Part shown: piece by piece, positions 1 through 7,561 of the stretch
How positions within the stretch are numbered: position 1 is the stretch's first letter
How the letters are laid out: every line of letters begins with the position of its first letter
Made by a program: the position numbers and the translations under genes
From: Candidatus Bathyarchaeota archaeon
Lineage (GTDB): Archaea > Thermoproteota > Bathyarchaeia > Bathyarchaeales > Bathycorpusculaceae
Length of the DNA stretch: 64,000 nucleotides
NCBI GenBank assembly: GCA_963702095.1
Contig: OY969706.1
Location: 1,024,001 to 1,088,000, forward strand
Direction of reading: 5' to 3'
Notes under the pieces: generated by a model
What the model was told of the DNA's origin: nothing
Database searches by the model: none
The model's input: the letters and a program-made list of their open reading frames with translations, nothing else

Positions 1-132
1 GAGCGACAATACCGATTAGCTGTAGAAATGCTGGTTATTTTAGCAGAATATTTGCATTTGAATTCACCGACAAGTTGACCTTCCAAATTTAATTGGTACA
101 TAAATCGCTGCTTTGGTTGAGTTTCTTGGTAG

Positions 133-708
133 TTAACTTGGTTTACAGATTAACTCATAATGGTATGGTCCTACGTCAACTTGTTTAATGACAGAGAAAC
201 CGTTCCCTGTAAAAACCCGTTTGGCTTCCTCTTCTGAGAGACGGTCTTTTAATGGCGGTCCATGCTCAGTTTGGATCTTCTTCCAGTCTACATCAACAAC
301 GGTGGCCGTTGGTTTAGATATGCGTCTAACTTCTTGGAAGAAAGCTTTCTTGTCCTCTACCTCATGTAGAACGTTGGCGAAGACGACGATATCTACCGAT
401 TCTTCTGGAATTCCTGTGTGGCACACGTCCCTATTTACTATTTTTATGATTGTTGGGTTCACTTCTGACTTGGCAATGTTTCCTTTTAAGCCACTAAGCA
501 TGGTTCGGTTGCTGTCAACGGCGTATACTATGCCTTTTTCTCCTGTCATCTGAGCCATCGGTAAAGTAAAAAAGCCCGGTCCAGAACCTAAGTCTGCGAT
601 AGTCATTCCCTTCGTTACCCCTGCCTCTTTTAGAATGGTGTCTGGATTATGCTGTTGCTTTCTTTCTTCCGACATTAGGAACTTGACGCGGTCAATATGA
701 TGTTCCAT
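133..708 (-). CDS. Class I SAM-dependent methyltransferase (UbiE/Methyltransf_31-like)
   Basis: Motif I IADLGSGPG, acidic end of beta2 (YAVD), post-II SVDIVVFANVLHE, C-terminal DW..HGPP typical of this family. Confidence 0.85.
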   Translation of the reverse strand: MEHHIDRVKFLMSEERKQQHNPDTILKEAGVTKGMTIADLGSGPGFFTLPMAQMTGEKGIVYAVDSNRTMLSGLKGNIAKSEVNPTIIKIVNRDVCHTGIPEESVDIVVFANVLHEVEDKKAFFQEVRRISKPTATVVDVDWKKIQTEHGPPLKDRLSEEEAKRVFTGNGFSVIKQVDVGPYHYELICKPS

Positions 709-768
709 TGCTAACTCCTCAACTTTTAAGCCTGAATCAATCCACTATTTGCATTGGTTGAAGACATA

Positions 769-1242
769 TTATTTTTGTTGGGTGAACGTTTTTTTTGTTC
801 GCCATGTTGTAGCGCTAAAGACTGTAAGCACTAGAAGAGCTGTGAATACTGCTACTTTTATGATTGTGAAATCTTGGATAGCAGAGTAGAGTGCGAATGC
901 CGCTGGAAAAGCGCCGATGTATAGTGTAAAGAATATTGCTGTGGGCAGTTTGTAGCTGTATTTGTAGTCTTTGAAGATGCGTCTGCCAAAGTACAATGCT
1001 GCCAAACGTCCCATGCCATGAGTGCATTTTATGCAATTGTGGCATGGCCTTAGGCAACCGAGTAGGTGCAGTACACCATAGATCAAGATTAGAGTTAAGA
1101 TAAAAAATACAATACCTGCTGTAAAATCGTATAGTAGGAAAGCAACTGTATCCAGAATAATCCATATGAAAAGAGCGATGTTGCCGAATGTAACCAGGTT
1201 TTCAGGGAAGAAAATTGGTCTGCCGTTTTTTGGTTCTATCAT
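769..1242 (-). CDS. Small membrane protein with Cys cluster
   Basis: About four hydrophobic segments; CLRPCHNCIKC between them; co-oriented with trx and MTase. Confidence 0.65.
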   Translation of the reverse strand: MIEPKNGRPIFFPENLVTFGNIALFIWIILDTVAFLLYDFTAGIVFFILTLILIYGVLHLLGCLRPCHNCIKCTHGMGRLAALYFGRRIFKDYKYSYKLPTAIFFTLYIGAFPAAFALYSAIQDFTIIKVAVFTALLVLTVFSATTWRTKKTFTQQK

Positions 1243-1256
1243 GACATAGCCTTCGT

Positions 1257-1673
1257 CTATTGCCCAATATGTTTTTTGAATGTTGCTTCTATGTGAGCTT
1301 TTGGATAAGCGCCAACTATTCGCTCCACTGCTTCACCGTGGTGGAAGACGACGATTGTGGGTATACTCATGATTCCGAAACTACTTGGGACCATTTGGTT
1401 TTCGTCTACGTTCATTTTCCCAAACGTTACTTTGCCTGCATATTCTGTTGCCAGCTGCTCTACTACTGGTCCAACCATTCGGCATGGTCCGCACCAGGGC
1501 GCCCAGAAGTCTACAACCAATAGCTCATGTGCTTTTAGGGTGTTTTGGAAGTTGTCGTCGGTGATAATAAGTGGGTGGCTGCTGGCTTGTTTTATTGTGT
1601 CTGCTTGGTCAAGCATAGCTTGAATTTTTTTTAGTCTTATTTGCTCTAATTCTTTATTCTCAAACATTGGCAT
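1257..1673 (-). CDS. trxA: Thioredoxin
   Basis: DFWAPWCGPC active site, cis-Pro motif SIPT, archaeal N-terminal ELEQIRLKK extension. Start moved from ORF-track 1724 to ATG 1673. Confidence 0.92.
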   Translation of the reverse strand: MPMFENKELEQIRLKKIQAMLDQADTIKQASSHPLIITDDNFQNTLKAHELLVVDFWAPWCGPCRMVGPVVEQLATEYAGKVTFGKMNVDENQMVPSSFGIMSIPTIVVFHHGEAVERIVGAYPKAHIEATFKKHIGQ

Positions 1674-1904
1674 TCCCTTAACCGCTTTTAGTCTTGTTTT
1701 TTCGCGTTTTCTCTTAGTTTCCACACGTTACAGGTGGAGGCGTGGTCACACATCTCTTCCGGTATGCCCCTTGGGCACTCAAATTTTTTCTCCATAGTCC
1801 ACACTTTCTTGTCAATGCAAATACCGCTACGGCCAAATATATCTTGCGGTATTGACAATATCGAACAATACTATTTATATGGGCGAAATCACAGTGCATT
1901 ATCC

Positions 1905-2288
1905 ATGGAAAGCATCAATCTGCTAACAAAAAAAGGTGCAACATGCACCGACCTACTCACATGCCTATATAACCTAAAACCAACAGACCTAGAAGTACTT
2001 CAAGCGGTCGCAAAAAACCAAAACGCAAGTCTAGACCAAATCGCCGCCATAGTAGAAAAAGACCGAAGCTCAGTACACCGCTGCCTATCTAAACTAGTTA
2101 GCGTAAACCTGGTTAATAAGCAAACTAAAACCATTAAGGGTGGCGGATACTACCACGTATACTCCATGCTTGACCCAGTATTGATTAAAAAGCATGCCAG
2201 GGAACGTGTAGAAGAAATAACTGAAAGCTTACAATTGTTAATTGATAACTTTGACTCAGACCTTGAAAACCACTTAACCGATAAATAA
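1905..2288 (+). CDS. TrmB/MarR-like winged-helix transcriptional regulator
   Basis: HTH SLDQIAAIVEKDRSSVHRCLSKL, wing GGYYHVY; ATG 1905 preceded by TATA-like TATTTATAT at ~1872; divergent from trxA. Confidence 0.8.
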   Translation: MESINLLTKKGATCTDLLTCLYNLKPTDLEVLQAVAKNQNASLDQIAAIVEKDRSSVHRCLSKLVSVNLVNKQTKTIKGGGYYHVYSMLDPVLIKKHARERVEEITESLQLLIDNFDSDLENHLTDK

Positions 2289-2594
2289 ATAGGAACCCCA
2301 AAATGCCTTTGCCGCCAAATGTAACTATGTCTTCTGGAAAGAATTTAATCCGCCCGCTTTCCGCAAGCTTAGCTCAAGGTTGTTCTGTTATATGCCCGTT
2401 GACTCAAACATTTTGCTTTTAACGCCTGCAAGTATCCGTCTGCTTGTGGTGGACTCCACAACCATTCTGCAACACACCTCAAACGTAAAAAACAAACAGC
2501 CGCCAAAGGTAAGCCCGCCAGAAGATGATGAGCAAGGAGGGCGTTGCCTTCATTAAATAACACAAAAAACCAAACGCAGAAAATTAAAATTGAA

Positions 2595-2609
2595 GCGGGT
2601 CCGACGGTT
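2595..2609 (-). repeat. att-like direct repeat copy 1 (GCGGGTCCGACGGTT), tRNA 3'-end-like
   Basis: Identical to 42543-42557; minus strand reads CCGTCGGACCCGC followed by a T-rich tract; 46 bp from the integrase stop. Confidence 0.75.
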
Positions 2610-2655
2610 TTCACGATACACGTAAAGCATTACATACGACCGTTTACAGTACACG

Positions 2656-4161
2656 TTAGACATTTTGTACTGTCGCCTCTTGGTGAAGTAGCTGTCTTAG
2701 CGTCTGGCTAAGAAGTTGGAACTGATAATTCTGTAGGTCATCTGCGTTTTTAGTAGTGACTGCACCTTGAGATAGAGCGTCTTTGGTGAGTATTTGTTCT
2801 GGGTTTAAGCCCAAAGCTCGCAGCAGCTCTTTAGCGGTCTCTATCTTGTTAAGCGGTGTTTTCTTTCCGATGCATAGGCCTGATGATTGGTAGACGTTTC
2901 GTAGTTTGTCTATGCCGACGCTTTGGATGTCGTGGTAGGTGTCGACGGTGTGGCCCATCATGTAGTCAACGTAGTCGGGTTGAACGCCTAAAGATAGAAG
3001 TTGGGTTTTGAAGTATTTTCGTAGGCTATGAACTCTGAGGTCGTACATGCGCCCGTTGCGCTGTTTAAGCAGGTTAGCTTTGACGTAAAGTCGGTGGACG
3101 AGGTAGCGGATTTGCTTTGAGGATATTCCCCTGATTTCACTTTTTGTGTGGTCTCGGATTAGTGGTGAGTTGTCGGTTAGGGTTTCGGGTGGTTTGCGTT
3201 CGGTTCCTTTTTGTCTTTGGTCAAGGTAGATTCTTAGGTATTGGGCTGCTTCAGCGCCAAGGAAAGTGTCGTAGTCGTGGTATTTGCCTTTAGTGATATC
3301 CGCTTCGATATGCACATGGATTGGGTTTGTGTTGTTTTCTATGTCTTCTTTGACGTGTCTGTACTGGAGTCTGCTGAGGGTTTCTTCCCGGAAAGCGCCG
3401 AGTGCTAAGCAACTGACGAGGACTTTGTCTCTTAGGGTGCCGATGTCAAGCAACTTTTCTAGTTCTTCGGGTTTGGGTGCTCTGTCTTTGTAGGTTACGC
3501 GTCTGCTGAGGGGTTCTATTAGGTCTATTCTAACGCCGTTGACTCTGTAGAAGGTTTTTACGCTTTTTATGTAGTTGTTGACTGGTCCAGGCTTAATTCC
3601 TTCGTCTTGTAGCCATGCGAGGTAGTCGTTGATGTTGCCTGTGTGGTTTTGTACTCTTTGTGGGTCTGGTATGTTGCCGACGGGTTTGGTGTCTGCTATT
3701 ATGAGGTCTGGGCTGTAGCCGAGCCATTCAGCATATTTGCGTATTTGCACCGTGTAGGTGATGAAGGTGCCTGAGGATCCTGAGCAGTGCCGCAGAAGGT
3801 GTCTTGCAACTTTGAGGAGGCTTTGGTTGTCAAAGATGTATGGTATGAGTGTTGGTCTGTCAGATAGGAAGGCGGATAGGACATATTCGACGAGTCCTCT
3901 TTCTTTAGCTGCTAAGACTTTGCCGAGGTTTAGCGTTACTGGTTGGCGTAGTTTGTAGCCTCTTTTGCTAATTTCTAAGGTGATGATGTTGCCTTGGATT
4001 TTCATGGGGTAGGGTATTTTCTTTAGGTCTTCAACGGTGAGTTGCTGGTTTCTTATGATGGGTGAGGCGATCGCTTTCGCTATGGTTTCAGCGGTCATTT
4101 GTTGCTTCCCCGTATTGTTTACGGTGAGTTTTTCGCTCCGATGGTCGAAGCGCATACTCAT
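2656..4161 (-). CDS. Tyrosine recombinase / integrase (element 1)
   Basis: Catalytic set R (GAFRE), K (ITKGK), HxxR (HSLRK), H (MMGH), Y (DTYH); paralog of 42601-44094. Confidence 0.92.
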   Translation of the reverse strand: MSMRFDHRSEKLTVNNTGKQQMTAETIAKAIASPIIRNQQLTVEDLKKIPYPMKIQGNIITLEISKRGYKLRQPVTLNLGKVLAAKERGLVEYVLSAFLSDRPTLIPYIFDNQSLLKVARHLLRHCSGSSGTFITYTVQIRKYAEWLGYSPDLIIADTKPVGNIPDPQRVQNHTGNINDYLAWLQDEGIKPGPVNNYIKSVKTFYRVNGVRIDLIEPLSRRVTYKDRAPKPEELEKLLDIGTLRDKVLVSCLALGAFREETLSRLQYRHVKEDIENNTNPIHVHIEADITKGKYHDYDTFLGAEAAQYLRIYLDQRQKGTERKPPETLTDNSPLIRDHTKSEIRGISSKQIRYLVHRLYVKANLLKQRNGRMYDLRVHSLRKYFKTQLLSLGVQPDYVDYMMGHTVDTYHDIQSVGIDKLRNVYQSSGLCIGKKTPLNKIETAKELLRALGLNPEQILTKDALSQGAVTTKNADDLQNYQFQLLSQTLRQLLHQEATVQNV

Positions 4162-4480
4162 CCTCTAGTTTAGGCTGTTTGACATTTAAATTCAACTCAA
4201 AACGCGATGATAGCTTTTGCATCTCTAAGATGTCAGTTTTTAGCAAGACAAGTCCTGAAGCTTTGGCGTCGCCGCCATGTAAGGTTGGAGATTCATCGTC
4301 GTGATCCCATGTTAGGGTTATGTATTGCTCGCATTCGTAGACCAGCCAACCCACTGCCTTTCTAATTTGTGGCTTCATGGCGACAGCTATTGCTCGATTA
4401 TAGAGGACATGGTCAACGTATCGAACGCAAACAAGCTCTTTAGATTCATTAAGCATACCCTTCAAGGACTCCTCTTGCAA
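4088..4480 (-). CDS. Integrase-associated hypothetical protein
   Basis: Clear paralog of 44033-44542 (VRYxDHVLYNR, AVGWLVY, PTLHGGDxKASGLVLLK); overlaps the integrase 5' end in both elements. Confidence 0.75.
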   Translation of the reverse strand: MQEESLKGMLNESKELVCVRYVDHVLYNRAIAVAMKPQIRKAVGWLVYECEQYITLTWDHDDESPTLHGGDAKASGLVLLKTDILEMQKLSSRFELNLNVKQPKLEDEYALRPSERKTHRKQYGEATNDR

Positions 4481-4627
4481 AGTCTTTATTGTTGCCGAGT
4501 TTGGCTTGTTGGGTTTTGATGCTTTGTACTGGAACCTTGCTGTCCCGGAAGACGTCGCTCCATTCTTGTTTGCCCCCCAAGTTTAGGTGTGCCCACGTTC
4601 GATAGTTAGCCAAGAAAAACTCCTACC

Positions 4628-4990
4628 TTATGTGTCGGTTTTGGGTTTGTGTTTTTGCCGGTAGATTTTGTCTTCTCCGTAGAGCCAGTAGCTGTATTGG
4701 TAGGTGTCGCCTTGATAGCGGTCTTTGATGGTTGCGTTGTTGATCCTTAGGATGTTATGGGCGCTTTGCCATTTGTCCGGTAGGTTGTTTTGTTTGTAGG
4801 CGACCTCAAAGTCTCCCAGTTTTGTGCCCTGCTGAGCCTCGAACTTTAGAGTGGTAAATGTTAGCTCTTGAACTGCAGTTAGTTCAATCTGGGGTGGCGT
4901 GATCGATTGGATGTATTGGTTTGCTGCATCGACTATTGTTTGGTAAGCGTCTCGTAGTTTAGTGAAGAATTCGATTTGTTTGTTGCTCAA
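4628..4990 (-). CDS. Hypothetical protein (element core)
   Basis: 120-aa ORF; its TTG start overlaps the stop of the RHH gene; GGAGG upstream. Confidence 0.65.
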   Translation of the reverse strand: MSNKQIEFFTKLRDAYQTIVDAANQYIQSITPPQIELTAVQELTFTTLKFEAQQGTKLGDFEVAYKQNNLPDKWQSAHNILRINNATIKDRYQGDTYQYSYWLYGEDKIYRQKHKPKTDT

Positions 4991-5145
4991 TCCTGAGTTG
5001 CCTCCTGTTTGTTTAGGTATTCGGTTATGGCTGCTCGGATTGCTTGGCTTATGTTCTTGAATTTGCGCTCAAAAATAAGCTGCTCAAGCCTCTCCATCTC
5101 GGGTGTTCCTAACCTTAAAGCAATTCTATACTTGTACTGTCTCAA
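4987..5145 (-). CDS. CopG/ribbon-helix-helix DNA-binding protein (52 aa, absent from ORF track)
   Basis: Manual translation MRQYKYRIALRLGTPEMERLEQLIFERKFKNISQAIRAAITEYLNKQEATQD; strand-helix-helix pattern; AGGTG upstream of TTG. Confidence 0.75.
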   Translation of the reverse strand: MRQYKYRIALRLGTPEMERLEQLIFERKFKNISQAIRAAITEYLNKQEATQD

Positions 5146-5202
5146 CTTTTTACACCTTGCTTTGTCATACCTTTAAGTAATGTCGCGCCGATACGGGGTA
5201 TT

Positions 5203-6102
5203 TTGCGGTCAACTATGTCTTCGCAAGTGGTTTATCAGACAAATGCAGATTGGCACGATTCATACGATGCCTTGGCGAAAAATTCACTTGTGACAGTTGA
5301 GGAAACTAAAAAGGGTTTGTTATGGTTTCATTTCAAAGAAAGCCGAACCGTTTTCACCCTATCTCCAACAGGAAAACTCCAAGTAAAATGGAGAGACCTG
5401 CATGAAAAAAGAATTCTCTACAAACAAATCAAAAACCTCTTAATCGCCAAACCCAACGAGAAACTAACCATTAAACCTCTAAAACAGCAAATGTGGATAG
5501 AATACCCTGTACCTGAATCTTTCAAAATTTATTGGTGTGACCACTTTTCGGAGTTTGGTTTGAAAAAGCCATCTGGAAGCAAGACGGAGGAATCGCTGAA
5601 TGAGCAGCAACATAGTGAGCAAGAAAAAGGTAGTTTGATACGTTATCGTAACGAAGCGGCGGTTGTCAAAAATGCTTTGGAAGAACTTAGACACGAATTC
5701 AGGTTTTTTAGGGAGCCAACCCTCAATGAAGTTGCATTGAAATCCGGACGTCTTACCGATTCTAGGTATATGAAGGATTATCTGTTCCTTGCAGGGTGGA
5801 AGCCTCCGCGCCTATACGACATAGACTTCGTAAAGAGTTTAGCTGAGCAAGCGATAAACTTGGCTGCTTGGCTTCGCTTTAAAACCAGTGGGGAACTGAA
5901 TCCTCAATTAATAATCCGTTCTAAAAGGGCTATAGATACAGCTACAATGAGTGCCATTGGAAAGGCACAAGAGATCCTTAAGAATTATCCAGAGATAGTC
6001 CCTGAGATTAATGAGACAGAACTCAAATGGCCAGATGAAGCAAAGAAGAAATGGATTGAAGTCTTTGGCTGTGATCCTCCTGCTTCGTCAGGATATTCCT
6101 AA
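5203..6102 (+). CDS. Hypothetical protein
   Basis: 299-aa ORF divergent from the RHH gene; possible HTH-like PTLNEVALKSG segment. Confidence 0.6.
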   Translation: MRSTMSSQVVYQTNADWHDSYDALAKNSLVTVEETKKGLLWFHFKESRTVFTLSPTGKLQVKWRDLHEKRILYKQIKNLLIAKPNEKLTIKPLKQQMWIEYPVPESFKIYWCDHFSEFGLKKPSGSKTEESLNEQQHSEQEKGSLIRYRNEAAVVKNALEELRHEFRFFREPTLNEVALKSGRLTDSRYMKDYLFLAGWKPPRLYDIDFVKSLAEQAINLAAWLRFKTSGELNPQLIIRSKRAIDTATMSAIGKAQEILKNYPEIVPEINETELKWPDEAKKKWIEVFGCDPPASSGYS

Positions 6103-6106
6103 TTGG

Positions 6107-6826
6107 TTAGTATGGATTTCCGGTTGCGTTGGTGCTTTGAGCTAAATTTCCGACATTGACAGCGTATTTTTTTCCATTCTTATGGAAAACAACAACAAAT
6201 TGGATCCCCTCTTTCAAATTCATTTTGTGGCTTGCAATGAAAGGTTTGGCTTCAGGAAAACCGTCAGCTGCACAGCGATCCAAATCTATGTCGATAAAGA
6301 ATGTTCGCAAAAACCTCTTGTGTGCTTCCTCTTCTTTTCTTTGGCGATCAAGCAACTTTATCAATAGCTTAGCTCTCTGCGGCAAAGACAATGATTCAGA
6401 GGTTTCGTTATACTCCCGCATTTCCTTTTCACGTAGTTCTCGGCAAAACCGATTAAACTGCCCCAGATGGTACGGCTTAATTTTAGCTTGATCCCGCTGA
6501 ACCGTCCGAACACTAACACCCAATCGCTCAGCTATCTCCAATTGGCTTAAATTTGAAAGCTCACAAACCCGTTTCCTTCGCTCACGTTCCTCCCGATACT
6601 TTGCAACACTTTTGACATAGACATGCTTTTTGCGGTAACCTGGCCCTTTCAAACTCGTTTTACGTTTGCAAACGGTGCTTTCTTGTGCTGAATTGTCCTT
6701 TTGCGAGTTGCTGAAAACACCTAAATCAAGCTCCGATTCACCAAAAGACGCCAATAGCTGATCTTTGCGGTCAACTAACCCCCCCTCTTTTTTAAAATCG
6801 TCCATGTCTCTGTAATTCTCCGCCAT
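6107..6826 (-). CDS. HTH-domain DNA-binding protein
   Basis: LSQLEIAERLGVSVRTVQRD helix-turn-helix. Confidence 0.7.
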   Translation of the reverse strand: MAENYRDMDDFKKEGGLVDRKDQLLASFGESELDLGVFSNSQKDNSAQESTVCKRKTSLKGPGYRKKHVYVKSVAKYREERERRKRVCELSNLSQLEIAERLGVSVRTVQRDQAKIKPYHLGQFNRFCRELREKEMREYNETSESLSLPQRAKLLIKLLDRQRKEEEAHKRFLRTFFIDIDLDRCAADGFPEAKPFIASHKMNLKEGIQFVVVFHKNGKKYAVNVGNLAQSTNATGNPY

Positions 6827-7561
6827 TTTTTAAAGCCTCAAAAACCTCAATTTAGCCTTCTTTTAACCATAAAATGAACGGTTATTAACTTTTTGTCAGG
6901 TATCTGTACTAAGGATTTTACGATACCTTTTTCGGTGCACCTCTATTTTTAGCTTGTAACAACAACTTCACTTGAGAAGAAGAAAAATCGATTTTTTTCC
7001 AGAAATCAGTATTTTTTCTTCTTTCATTCTTGTTTGCCATGCTACAGCTACGGTTGACGAAAACACGTTACACCGCAGTCAAACTGTTAGGGATGCGGTC
7101 TGCTAAATCTTAAGGAGGTGTTTTCCATGTTTTCTCGCAATTTCTCGCAATCATAACTAAACGATTAGTGGAGTCAACGCTTAGTTCTCTTTTTGTCTTG
7201 CCCTATGCATTTTTTTCTTCTTGACTTAAGACCGACCTAAAGAACGCAGGCATTTTCTTAGTAGAAGAAGAAACAACAGTGCAGCAACCTTCTTCTTCTC
7301 TTAAACAGGTCAAAGTTCAAAAGAACAACAACAAACAATGTGCAAATGTTGTAGTTCTACTGCTTAATAGGTGATTCAGTCGATTTTTCTTCGTTGTCCT
7401 GAGCTTTGATTTATGACAAGTGTTTTATGCCTTATCGACTAACAATTGGCTAATATCAACAACAATAGAGCGCAGACTAAACATGGAAGCACATTCTGTT
7501 AGAACTAATCTGGATAGTCATCTGTCAATAATTGTGCTATCTGCCAATCGGAGGATTTTTG

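Noticed and set aside
1-101. Possible partial minus-strand CDS starting at ATG 101
   Set aside because: Only 33 codons are visible and there is no motif to support a call.
2369-2614. 81-aa minus-strand ORF
   Set aside because: Crosses the att repeat, has no recognisable motif and is probably spurious.
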